Below are positions 47,381 to 56,359 of a stretch of 64,000 bases of DNA, piece by piece. The stretch is from Candidatus Pacebacteria bacterium CG2_30_36_39. GTDB lineage: Bacteria > Patescibacteriota > Microgenomatia > UBA1400 > PJMF01. Position numbers and translations under genes: made by a program. The first letter of the stretch is position 1. Each line of letters opens with the position of its first letter. The stretch spans positions 129,620 through 193,619 of the forward strand of contig MNZB01000002.1 in assembly GCA_001873435.1 (NCBI GenBank). The letters are read 5' to 3'. The notes beneath the pieces were generated by a model. That model worked only from the letters and a program-made list of their open reading frames with translations, did no database searches and was not told where the DNA came from.

Positions 47381-49099
47381 GTGCATATGAAAAAATGGCT
47401 AATTTTCTTGAGTGTTTTATTGGTTAGCCTTGCTATTTATTTCCGTTTTTTTCAGTTGGGCAAAGTTCCTGTTTCATTATATTGGGATGAAATTGCTATT
47501 TTGGTTGATGCTCGATCAGTTGCTGAGACTGGTTTGGATATGCATGGCAATTCTATGTGGCAAACTATTTTTCCGTCATATGGTGATTATAAATTGCCAG
47601 TCTATATTTGGTTGGCAAGCTTGAGTGTCAAATTATTTGGAGCTAATGAATGGGCTGTTCGTTTGCCATCAGCTCTTGCTGGGCTAGGAACTGTTTTAAT
47701 GGCTTTTGTTTTGGCTCATGAGTTTTTCCCAATGAGTTTTAAAAAAGAAAAAGATCATTCTTTTTTTCATCAACATTTATTTTTACCTGTTTTGAGTGCT
47801 GGAATAATAGCTATAGCTCCCTGGTCAGTGCTGTTTTCTAGAACTGCTTTTGAGGGTCACTTGGCTCAATTTCTAGTTACTCTGAGTATTTGGTTTGCTT
47901 TAAAACAAAAGAAATATTGGGGTTGGGGTTTAATGGCAGCAGTACTGGGCAGCATTGCAACATATACCTATTTTTCAGTTCGGTATGTTTGGCCAGTAGT
48001 TTTTGTTTTAACTACCATTCTTTTTGTTTGGCAATATAAAAAGAATTGGTGGCGTCAAGCCTTACTGCTAATAGTTCTCCCGCTAATAACATATTTTTGG
48101 AGTTTGCAGCCTATGTACGAATCTCCTTTGTATGAGGTTAGTACTCAGTTTCGGTTGAGTACTACTTCTGTTTTAAATATGGCTGATTGGCCAGTCGTGA
48201 GTAACGAATATAAGTTGCAAGCTGGGAATACATATTTAGACAAAATTATTTATCATCCCAAGCTTTTATTGGCCAGAGAATTAGTTAAGAACTATGCTGA
48301 CAATATGTCTTTGGACTTTTTGTTTTTTACTGGAGACTCTAACTTACGTCATGGTACTGGTAATCATGGTTTGTTTTTATGGATTTTTCTACCTGGATTT
48401 TTCTATGGTTGGTATAGGTTATTTCCCAAGCATTGGAAGCAGGGCTTACTGTTTTTAGTTTGGTGGTTGGTTGCTTTATTACCAGCTTCAGTGCCAGAAA
48501 GTACTCCACATGCTTTGCGTTCTTTAAATGCTCTAATGCCTTTGACTTTAGTAATTGGCTGGGGAAGTTATCGTCTTCTTTTGGATGCTGAAAAACTAAA
48601 ATCTTGTAAATTTATTTTTCTTAAGAAAATTTGTCCAGTTTTGTTTTTGGGTATTATTTTTTTGAGTTTCTTGGTAGTTTTTGATTTTAATGAATATCTA
48701 TTTAAAGTTTATCCCAAGACTTCTGCCACTAGCTGGCAAGCTGGTTATAAAGAACTAGCTCATGTTTTGTGGCAAGAAAAAGATGGTAAGGATACTATTT
48801 GGATAGAGTCTTTTGATGGACGTTTTCATCTTTGGTTGATGGGTTATGAAATGCCAGTTAATGAGTTTGCTCAATTAAAATATGAGAACTATGTTCCTGA
48901 TAAACTAGGTGGTAATATTGTGATTAAGCCATTTGATTGGGATAAAGGTTTGACTATGGAACCAAAGACTATCGTTGCTGGAACTAAAAATGAGGTTGAT
49001 GCTCATTTAAAACTTTTTCCTATTAAACCAACTTGGTACAAAATAATAACAATAGAAGATAGTTCAACTCCGTTTGCTGTGGTTTATTTTGAAAAGTGA
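47381..49099 (+). CDS. GT39/ArnT/PMT-like GT-C membrane glycosyltransferase, paralog E (572 aa)
   Basis: 'LYWDEIAILVDARSVAETGLDMHGNSMWQTIFPSYGDYKLPVYIW'. Confidence 0.6.
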   Translation: MHMKKWLIFLSVLLVSLAIYFRFFQLGKVPVSLYWDEIAILVDARSVAETGLDMHGNSMWQTIFPSYGDYKLPVYIWLASLSVKLFGANEWAVRLPSALAGLGTVLMAFVLAHEFFPMSFKKEKDHSFFHQHLFLPVLSAGIIAIAPWSVLFSRTAFEGHLAQFLVTLSIWFALKQKKYWGWGLMAAVLGSIATYTYFSVRYVWPVVFVLTTILFVWQYKKNWWRQALLLIVLPLITYFWSLQPMYESPLYEVSTQFRLSTTSVLNMADWPVVSNEYKLQAGNTYLDKIIYHPKLLLARELVKNYADNMSLDFLFFTGDSNLRHGTGNHGLFLWIFLPGFFYGWYRLFPKHWKQGLLFLVWWLVALLPASVPESTPHALRSLNALMPLTLVIGWGSYRLLLDAEKLKSCKFIFLKKICPVLFLGIIFLSFLVVFDFNEYLFKVYPKTSATSWQAGYKELAHVLWQEKDGKDTIWIESFDGRFHLWLMGYEMPVNEFAQLKYENYVPDKLGGNIVIKPFDWDKGLTMEPKTIVAGTKNEVDAHLKLFPIKPTWYKIITIEDSSTPFAVVYFEK

Positions 49100-50751
49100 T
49101 TATGAAGAAAAAAATAACTAAAATTAAGCAAGAGAATAAATTAGTTAGTTTTATTAAATTTTATGGTTTGTTAATTGCTGCTATTGTAGTTGGTTTTGTT
49201 ATTCGTATTTATAAAGTAGAAAATTTACCAGTAATTCTCAATCGAGACGAAGCAGCTCTTGCTTATAATGCCTATTTGCTTAAAGAAACTGGTATGGATG
49301 AGTGGGGTAGAAGTTGGCCATTGGCTTTAGAATCTTTTGGAGACTATAAATTACCAGGATATGTTTGGAGTTTGATTCCTGTTTTTTCTGTTTTTGGTCT
49401 TAATGATTTTGCTGTTCGTTTGCCATCAGTAATTGCTGGTACAGTTTTGATCTATGTTTTTTATCTTTGGTTGAAAGAACTAAGGATTAGTCATAATTTT
49501 TCAGTTTTAGCGGCTTGGTTGGTGAGTTTGTTACCTGTTTCAATCTTTTATTCTCGCATGGCTTTTGAAGCTAATTTGGGGTTAACACTTTTGGTTATTA
49601 GTCTTTGGTTGATTACAAATTTAAGTAATAAATGGAATAAGAAGAAATTTGTTTCTTTACTAATAATTACTTTTTTTAATATCTTTACTTACAATACTCC
49701 TTGGCTTTTACTGCCGTTTTTGGCGGTCTACAGTTGGTTGGTTTTTCCTAGAAATACTCAAAAAAAGAAAAATAATGTTTGGTTAGTGGTAATTAGTTTA
49801 TTGGGTTTATTTATTTTTGGTGCCAAAGTATTTTTGTCTTTAACAGCTCAAAAAAGTGGTATTACTATTTTTACCGATGAAACTGTTTGGAGTAATTGGA
49901 TTGCTTATCGTGAGCAATTAAGCCCAGCTTGGTTATGGTTTTTTGGTAGTAAATATGTTTATTGGTTGGGTTTGATTTGGGAAAATATTTGGCAGTCATT
50001 TTCTTTTAAGTTTTTGGTTACTAGCGGTGGAACTCATCCTTGGCATAATTTGCCACATTGGGGTCATTTGAATATTTTAATTTATATTCTTGGTTGGGTT
50101 GGTCTTGGTTTTACTTTTAAGCAGGTTTGGGCGGTTGGAGTAAAAAAGATTCTTAAATTTAATAAGCTTAGCGATGAGATTCGTTTTAATTTAGCTACTT
50201 TATTTTTATTTTTTAGTAGCTTAATTCCATCGGTGATCACAGTTGATTCTCCTCATGCTACTAGAAGTTTATTATTTATTATTTTCTGGGTCTATTGGGC
50301 TGTTAGAGCTTTGGAGTTTCTTTATAAACAGGCTTTTTGGCCAACCAAAGAGTTTTTCTGGATCTTAATTGCTTCGGTGATTTTTATTGAAAGTTTTTTC
50401 TACAACTATCAGTTGTTTGTAAAATATCCTAATAATCAAGGTATGTTTAATCCTGGTTTTGATTCTATGATTCAGTTTATTGATGAGAGAAGTCAGGAGA
50501 CAAAAGTAGCAATCGTTGATCCAACTGGTTATGAATATATTTTATTGGCCTGGTACTTAAAAGTTCCAGCCAATGAATACCTTGATAATAATGTGCGTCA
50601 GTTGCCAGATAAGATTGGTTTTAGTTATGGAGAAAGGGTTGGTCGGTTCCATTTCATTGCCAATCCAAATGATAAGGCTGCTGATGAGGAAGTATTATTG
50701 ATGCAGGCTGCAAATGGGAAGGGTTGGCAGATTCTTGGATTAACTTTATGA
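49096..50751 (+). CDS. GT39/ArnT/PMT-like GT-C membrane glycosyltransferase, paralog F (551 aa)
   Basis: 'ILNRDEAALAYNAYLLKETGMDEWGRSWPLALESFGDYKLPGYVW'. Confidence 0.65.
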   Translation: MIMKKKITKIKQENKLVSFIKFYGLLIAAIVVGFVIRIYKVENLPVILNRDEAALAYNAYLLKETGMDEWGRSWPLALESFGDYKLPGYVWSLIPVFSVFGLNDFAVRLPSVIAGTVLIYVFYLWLKELRISHNFSVLAAWLVSLLPVSIFYSRMAFEANLGLTLLVISLWLITNLSNKWNKKKFVSLLIITFFNIFTYNTPWLLLPFLAVYSWLVFPRNTQKKKNNVWLVVISLLGLFIFGAKVFLSLTAQKSGITIFTDETVWSNWIAYREQLSPAWLWFFGSKYVYWLGLIWENIWQSFSFKFLVTSGGTHPWHNLPHWGHLNILIYILGWVGLGFTFKQVWAVGVKKILKFNKLSDEIRFNLATLFLFFSSLIPSVITVDSPHATRSLLFIIFWVYWAVRALEFLYKQAFWPTKEFFWILIASVIFIESFFYNYQLFVKYPNNQGMFNPGFDSMIQFIDERSQETKVAIVDPTGYEYILLAWYLKVPANEYLDNNVRQLPDKIGFSYGERVGRFHFIANPNDKAADEEVLLMQAANGKGWQILGLTL

Positions 50752-51527
50752 AAAAAATATCAGTGGTTTTGGCTACTTATAATGAGGAAAAAAATCTAAA
50801 TATGTGTTTGGATTCAGTCGTTGATTTGGCTGATGAGATCATTGTGGTTGATGGTAGTTCTACTGATAGAACTAGGGAAATTGCTCAAGAATACAAGGCA
50901 AAAGTTATTAAAACTACTAATAAACCAAATTTTCATATCAATAAACAAATGGCGATGGATAAGGCAACTGGAGAGATTATTCTTCAATTGGATGCAGATG
51001 AAGTTGTTGACCATGATTTAAAGAAGTTTATTAGAAGTTTGGCAAAGTTTTCTGATCTAACTAAGCTTTCTGAAGTGGCGTGGTGGGTGCCTAGAAAAAA
51101 TTTGTTCCTAGGCAGATGGTTGACTAAAGGTGGGCAATATCCAGATCCAGTTATTAGATTGTATTTAGCCAATAAAGCTCGCTTGCCACAAAAAGATGTG
51201 CATGAGCAGATGCAGGTTGATGGAGAAGTTGGTTGGGCCAAAGGTCATCTTTTGCATTACTCCAATCCTTCATTTACAGATTACATGCGTAAGTTCAATA
51301 CTTATACTTCTTTTAAGGCTCAGCAATGGGCTGATGAGGGTAAAAGGGCTCAGTGGTGGGGAATTGGCTATTATATGATTTGGTTGCCTTTACTTACTTT
51401 TTTGAAGTTATATCTAAGACATCGTGGTTATGTAGATGGTTATCCAGGGTTTGTTTTTGCTTTGATGAGTGGTTTGCATTTTAGTATTGCCTATTTGAAA
51501 CTGTGGGAGCTTCAGCAAAAATTATGA
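50724..51527 (+). CDS. GT2 glycosyltransferase, paralog of 32971 and 36551
   Basis: 'ISVVLATYNEEKNLNMCLDSVVDLADEIIVVDGSSTDRT'. 'ILQLDADEV'. C-terminus 'LKLWELQQKL'. Confidence 0.7.
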   Translation: MADSWINFMKKISVVLATYNEEKNLNMCLDSVVDLADEIIVVDGSSTDRTREIAQEYKAKVIKTTNKPNFHINKQMAMDKATGEIILQLDADEVVDHDLKKFIRSLAKFSDLTKLSEVAWWVPRKNLFLGRWLTKGGQYPDPVIRLYLANKARLPQKDVHEQMQVDGEVGWAKGHLLHYSNPSFTDYMRKFNTYTSFKAQQWADEGKRAQWWGIGYYMIWLPLLTFLKLYLRHRGYVDGYPGFVFALMSGLHFSIAYLKLWELQQKL

Positions 51528-52573
51528 AAGTTTTAATGGATGTTCAACCCCTATCTTCTGGTCACGCAGTGCGTGGAGTAGGGATGTATACCAGATTTCT
51601 ATTGCAGGCTTTGGAAAAATTGGAGAATAAGAATGATTTTGAGATTTTTAGGTCTGGGTTAGAAGATCCAAGCAAAGTGGATATTGTTCATTATCCTTTT
51701 TTTGATTTATTTTTTCCCACACTCCCCTTTCGTCGAAAGGGGAAAACGGTGGTGACTATTCATGATGTGATACCTCTTTTATTTCCAGAGCGTTATCAGC
51801 CAGGTAAAAAAGGCAAGATTGTTTTTCTTAGACAAAAGTTAGCCTTAAAAACTATTGATGCAATAATTACTGATTCTCATGCTTCGAAGAAGGATATTGT
51901 TTTTCATTTGGGTGTACCAGCAGAAAAGGTTCACGTAGTTTATCTAGCAGCCAATCCTTATTTGCAGCCAATAAATGATTCTCAGGCTGATGTTTTGCGT
52001 AAAAAATTGGGTTTGCCAAAGACTTATGTTTTGTATGTTGGAGATATTAATTATAATAAAAATGTGCCGCAATTGATTAAGGCACTCAAGTATCTACCTC
52101 GTCATGTTAATTTGGTGTGTGTGGGTAAGAATTTTGTTGAACAAGATATTCCTGAGTGGAAAGAGCTTGCTGCTCAGGTGGCATTGAGTGATGTGGCTGA
52201 TAGAGTTAAGTTTGTGTCTGATGTTTTGTCTGATGATTATGAAACTTTGGCTGGTATTTATTCTGGTGCTTTGGTTTATGTTCAACCTTCGTTATATGAG
52301 GGTTTTGGTTTGCCGATTTTGGAGGCGATGCGTTGTAAGACTCCAGTGATTGTAGCTAAGAATTCTTCAATGAAGGAGATTGGTGGTGAAGTAGCTATTT
52401 TTAGTGGGACTGAGGCTGAGGATTTTGCTGAAGGGATTGAGGGGGTTTTGAATTTGTCAGATAATAAGAGAGAAGAAATGATTAGTAGGGCAAGTAAGTG
52501 GGAAAAGCAGTTTACTTGGGATAAGACAGCAAGAGAGACAAAGAAAATCTATCAATTAATGTTAGAGAAATAA
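51503..52573 (+). CDS. GT4 (GT-B) glycosyltransferase
   Basis: 'EGFGLPILEAMRCKTPVIVAKNSSMKEIGGE'. Confidence 0.75.
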   Translation: MGASAKIMKVLMDVQPLSSGHAVRGVGMYTRFLLQALEKLENKNDFEIFRSGLEDPSKVDIVHYPFFDLFFPTLPFRRKGKTVVTIHDVIPLLFPERYQPGKKGKIVFLRQKLALKTIDAIITDSHASKKDIVFHLGVPAEKVHVVYLAANPYLQPINDSQADVLRKKLGLPKTYVLYVGDINYNKNVPQLIKALKYLPRHVNLVCVGKNFVEQDIPEWKELAAQVALSDVADRVKFVSDVLSDDYETLAGIYSGALVYVQPSLYEGFGLPILEAMRCKTPVIVAKNSSMKEIGGEVAIFSGTEAEDFAEGIEGVLNLSDNKREEMISRASKWEKQFTWDKTARETKKIYQLMLEK

Positions 52574-52577
52574 CTAA

Positions 52578-54284
52578 ATGTTTAACTGTGGGTTTGGCAA
52601 AAATATTATTGGGCATAAGAAGTTTTTATTAACTATTTTGTTGGTTGTTGGTTTGCCTTTTTTAGCTTTGGTTAAACCATATTTTCATCTTGGAGTTCCC
52701 TATACTCATGATGGTGAAAATCATTTGGCTCGTTTTGCTAATTATAAGATTGCTCTTAAAGAAGGTCAGTTTCCGCCTAGATTTGCTCCTAATTTAAATA
52801 ATCACTATGGTTATCCTGTTTTTAACTATAATTATCCACTAGCTAATATTTTGTCTTTGCCTTTTAGTTTGGTTGGTTTTTCTTATGAAATAACTTTTAA
52901 GTTGTTGATGGTTTTTTCGTTGGTTTCTGGGGTGACTGGTATATTCTATTGGTTGGGATCATTAAAGATTGGGTCAGTTCAAACTAGGTTGTTGGCAGGG
53001 GTGAGCCTTTTATTAGCTCCTTTTACTATCAATTTGATTTATGTGAGGGGTAGTGTTGGCGAGATGATGATGCTGGGTATTTTTCCTTGGTTGCTATGGT
53101 TGGTTCACGAGATTAGAGAAGCTGTTAAAGCAAAAAGGCAGTTGTCGTGGTTGGTTAGTACTACTATTTTAGTGGCTTTTCTTTTGGCACATAATATTTC
53201 AGTGCTTTTTGGCGGAGTTATTTGGTTTGTTTATTGTTTGGTGATATTTGGTAAGGATAAGAGGTCTTGGAGGTTATGGTTGGTTAGGAGTTTGTTGGCT
53301 TTTGGTATGACGCTGTGGTTTTGGTTGCCGGCTTTGGCTGAGAAGAATGAGGTGATTTTGGATCAGGCGAGTTTGTCTTCTCAGTATAGTAATCATTTTG
53401 TGAGGTTGATGCAGTTAATAGTTTCTCCGTTGCAGTTTGGTTATTCTTTTGCGGCTCCAGTGGATACGATGAGTTTGGCTGTGGGGTTGAGTGGGTTGTT
53501 GGGTTTAGTAATTTTTGTTTTGTTGCTGATTAAGAATAAGCAGATTAAAAAAGATTATCCATTGTCTGTTGGTTTGGTGGTGATTGGTTTGTTTTTGTTG
53601 TTTTTGCAAACTGAGTATTCTGTTTTTATTTGGAAGGTTGTTCCTTTGGTTTCTTTTATTCAGTTTCCTTGGCGTTTGAGTTTGTTTTTCGTTGTTTTGG
53701 TTTTGCCTTTGCTTGCTATCGTGATGGATTATAGTAGGTTCTGGAAATATGTTTTTATTCTTGTTTTGGGTGTTCAGTTTCATAGTTTATTACAGCTTCA
53801 ACCAGCTGATTATTTGCATAAAGAAAAGGTTGAGTATGATCTTTTTTCTCAAAGTACTAGTACGGCAAATGAGAATCTTCCAAAGAATTTTACATATTCT
53901 AATTTTGCAGATTGGTCTCCTGCTCCAGTGGTTCTGGACGGAGATGCGAGTGTGTTGGTGAGTAAATGGTCTGGTACAGAAAAAAAATATTCTGTTGTTG
54001 TTAATAATAAATCACTGGTTGTAGAACCAACTATGTATTTTTTGGGTTGGCAGACTGAGGTGAATGATAAGTTAGTTTCTTATGCGCAGATGAAAGAGAC
54101 ACAGGGTAGAATTGGTTATTGGCTTGAGCCTGGTACTTATCAGGTTAAAACTATTTTTACTCAAAAGACTTGGGCTAGAAGAGTTGGTAATGGCTTGAGC
54201 ATTTTTAGTACGATGATTGCTAGTTGGTATATTGTCCATGAGCTCTATCAATGGAGAAAGAGATGTGCCGAAGCTGCCTTATAG
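52578..54284 (+). CDS. YfhO-like polytopic membrane protein, paralog 3 (568 aa)
   Basis: 'YTHDGENHLARFANYKIALKEGQFPPRF'. 'FWLPALAEKNEV'. 'IQFPWRLSLFF'. C-terminal 'YFLGWQTEVNDKLV'. Confidence 0.5.
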   Translation: MFNCGFGKNIIGHKKFLLTILLVVGLPFLALVKPYFHLGVPYTHDGENHLARFANYKIALKEGQFPPRFAPNLNNHYGYPVFNYNYPLANILSLPFSLVGFSYEITFKLLMVFSLVSGVTGIFYWLGSLKIGSVQTRLLAGVSLLLAPFTINLIYVRGSVGEMMMLGIFPWLLWLVHEIREAVKAKRQLSWLVSTTILVAFLLAHNISVLFGGVIWFVYCLVIFGKDKRSWRLWLVRSLLAFGMTLWFWLPALAEKNEVILDQASLSSQYSNHFVRLMQLIVSPLQFGYSFAAPVDTMSLAVGLSGLLGLVIFVLLLIKNKQIKKDYPLSVGLVVIGLFLLFLQTEYSVFIWKVVPLVSFIQFPWRLSLFFVVLVLPLLAIVMDYSRFWKYVFILVLGVQFHSLLQLQPADYLHKEKVEYDLFSQSTSTANENLPKNFTYSNFADWSPAPVVLDGDASVLVSKWSGTEKKYSVVVNNKSLVVEPTMYFLGWQTEVNDKLVSYAQMKETQGRIGYWLEPGTYQVKTIFTQKTWARRVGNGLSIFSTMIASWYIVHELYQWRKRCAEAAL

Positions 54285-55440
54285 AAAAATATTATCTGCT
54301 GTAATTATTTGGCGGTTGAGTTTGTTTTTTGTTGGTTGGCTGGCGACCTTTATCTTGTCTTATAGTCCAAGCTTTCCTTATGCTAAAGAAATTCTCAATT
54401 CAATGGGTTTGCCCCGTTGGGTTTCTGCCTGGGGAGGCTTTGATGGAGTGCATTATTTGACTATAGCTTCTAAAGGATATTTTGGGACTGCTTTTATTCA
54501 GGCGTTTTTCCCAGTTTTTCCTTTGCTCATTAGTTTTATTCAGCATTTCTTTGTTTATAAACTGTTAAGTTTTGTGATGATTCTAGTGTTTCAAGTGATA
54601 ATTCTTTATTTTCTTTTGATTCTTTTTATGTCTTTGATAAATATTGATAAGAAAAGCAATGTTTCATATTGGTCTGTTGTTGCTTTGCTTTTCTTTCCAA
54701 CCAGTTTTTTCTTTGGAGCGATTTATGGGGAAGGAATTTTTCTCTTTTTTATCTTTGCTAGCTTATTAGCTGCTAGAAAAAGATATTGGTGGGTAGCTGG
54801 TTTGTTTGGGGCTTTTGCCAGTGCCACTAGGATTGTGGGAGTTGCTATTTGGCCAGCTCTTTTAATTGAGCTTTGGTTACAACAAAGTAAGACTGAGGTG
54901 ACAGTTGAAAATATTGTTTCTTTTATTAAGATTTTTCAGCTTAAGATCTTGGCGGTTTCCCTTAGTTTTCTAGGGCTATTTATCTATATGTTCTATTTGT
55001 GGAAAAATTTTAATGATCCCTTATATTTTTTTCATGTTCAGAGTCTGTTCGGGGCAGGTAGAGAAAGCAGTATTGTGTTGTTGCCACAGGTGGTTTGGCG
55101 ATATTTTAAGATCCTAACAACAGTGCCTTTTGACCTAAAGTTTTATGCTTATCTACAGGAGTTTGCTGTTAGTATGTTGTTTTTGGGGTTGTTGGTGTTT
55201 TGCTGGAAAAAGATTAGGTTTTCATATTTAGTTTTTTCTGTTTTAGTTTATTTGCTGCCTACTCTTACTGGTACATTTTCTAGTATGCCTAGGTATGTGT
55301 TGGTTTGTTTTCCTGTTTTCATTTTAATTGGGGAGTGGCTGAGTAAATATCCAAAGATTAGGCCATACTATTTTTTTATCAGTGGTCTATTTGCTGTGGT
55401 TAATACAATTCTCTTTATTCAGGGTTATTGGGTGGCTTAG
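54217..55440 (+). CDS. PIG-V / GT-C mannosyltransferase-like membrane protein. The likely start is GTG at 54265, preceded by 'ggaga'; the track start overlaps the upstream gene by 68 nt.
   Basis: 'WGGFDGVHYLTIASKGY' matches the PIG-V family signature (W.FD..HF..IA..GY). 9 or more TM segments. Confidence 0.5.
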   Translation: MLVGILSMSSINGERDVPKLPYRKILSAVIIWRLSLFFVGWLATFILSYSPSFPYAKEILNSMGLPRWVSAWGGFDGVHYLTIASKGYFGTAFIQAFFPVFPLLISFIQHFFVYKLLSFVMILVFQVIILYFLLILFMSLINIDKKSNVSYWSVVALLFFPTSFFFGAIYGEGIFLFFIFASLLAARKRYWWVAGLFGAFASATRIVGVAIWPALLIELWLQQSKTEVTVENIVSFIKIFQLKILAVSLSFLGLFIYMFYLWKNFNDPLYFFHVQSLFGAGRESSIVLLPQVVWRYFKILTTVPFDLKFYAYLQEFAVSMLFLGLLVFCWKKIRFSYLVFSVLVYLLPTLTGTFSSMPRYVLVCFPVFILIGEWLSKYPKIRPYYFFISGLFAVVNTILFIQGYWVA

Positions 55441-55452
55441 GATAAAAGAATA

Positions 55453-55465
55453 AACAGGAGTGCTT
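55453..55465. repeat. left arm of a 13-bp perfect inverted repeat (aacaggagtgctt) flanking a G+C-rich gene
   Basis: Exact reverse complement at 56180-56192. Confidence 0.4.
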
Positions 55466-55517
55466 TTGAAGGCTTGTTGCTCGAACCCCTGTTTATCTTT
55501 TTGCGGCACCCTAGGTA

Positions 55518-56126
55518 TTAAAACGGTAAGGGAAAGACAAACTTGCCAGTTAGAAGAGCTGGTAAGTTGACGATCAAGGCGATGGGCCAGCCGGGGAGGT
55601 CATAGACAAAGAACTGCCATAGACCGCGCGGAATGCCCAGGTTAACCTTGAAGATGATTTGGGCCAAGTACATGGCTCCGCCGATAGGATCCCAGGCGCT
55701 AGTACGTCCACAGCCGGGATGGCGTAGGCCATGGCTGCGGAGAAGTACAAACTCTGGGCCGAAGTTGAAGATGAACTGAGCCCAGAGGGCCAGGACGTCG
55801 ACAACGGACATAACAAATTGGGCGCCGGCTAGATAAATCAGCCAGTCCCAGCTTGGGAAGAGATAGACGTAGGCTAACCAAGGGATGATCCCAAAGGTAT
55901 AGGTGCCTACGCCACCGGCGATACGATATTTAGTCTTTTCGCGGTGGTCAACGCAGCCTGCGCCATGATCTGCGCTAGGGCTTAATTCCATGTGATGGGT
56001 TAAGCCTAGGTAGAATAAGAGCGGTCCGTAGATCGCTGTGGCGAGGGTTAGATAGACGAACCAGTCTTCTGGGGAGGCGTTGATTGCAAAGCCGAATAGT
56101 GTTTCAAGCATTAGTAAAGTCTCCAA
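55518..56126 (-). CDS. hypothetical integral membrane protein (202 aa) in a G+C-rich island. Frame choice is uncertain because other frames are also open.
   Basis: This is the longest ORF of the island. It has 5-6 hydrophobic segments. 'HHMELSPSADHGAGCVDH' and 'LRHPGCG' His/Cys-containing loops. Local G+C is visibly above 50%, against roughly 30% around it. Confidence 0.35.
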   Translation of the reverse strand: METLLMLETLFGFAINASPEDWFVYLTLATAIYGPLLFYLGLTHHMELSPSADHGAGCVDHREKTKYRIAGGVGTYTFGIIPWLAYVYLFPSWDWLIYLAGAQFVMSVVDVLALWAQFIFNFGPEFVLLRSHGLRHPGCGRTSAWDPIGGAMYLAQIIFKVNLGIPRGLWQFFVYDLPGWPIALIVNLPALLTGKFVFPLPF

Positions 56127-56179
56127 TCTGGGTGCCGCATAAAAAAGACGTTATCTGTTTTATGCGACAGCCAAATATG

Positions 56180-56192
56180 AAGCACTCCTGTT
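56180..56192. repeat. right arm of the 13-bp inverted repeat (aagcactcctgtt)
   Basis: Reverse complement of 55453-55465. Confidence 0.4.
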
Positions 56193-56359
56193 AAAGAGCT
56201 GGTTTGTTTGGTTGAAAACGATGCTTTTTCGTTAGAAACAAGCAAACCACCAGACTATATTATCTCATAATATATTGTTATTTACAATATTTGGCTGTTC
56301 TTCTACTGACAAGAGAGTGGGAGTTGAATATAATTAAAAATTAGGTTTAACTCGAGATT

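Noticed and set aside
40020-54000. Homopolymeric A/T runs of 7-8 nt inside GT-C and YfhO genes (for example near 40030, 41320 and 53990) as phase-variation slipped-strand switches
   Set aside because: In a genome this AT-rich such runs are expected by composition. They encode Lys/Phe runs typical of these proteins. No evidence of frameshifted alleles can be seen from a single sequence.
55574-55881. Alternative-frame minus-strand ORFs (80 and 60 aa) inside the G+C-rich island
   Set aside because: Multiple open frames are expected in G+C-rich DNA. The 202-aa frame is the longest and has membrane-protein character, but frame assignment remains uncertain. This is noted in the feature.
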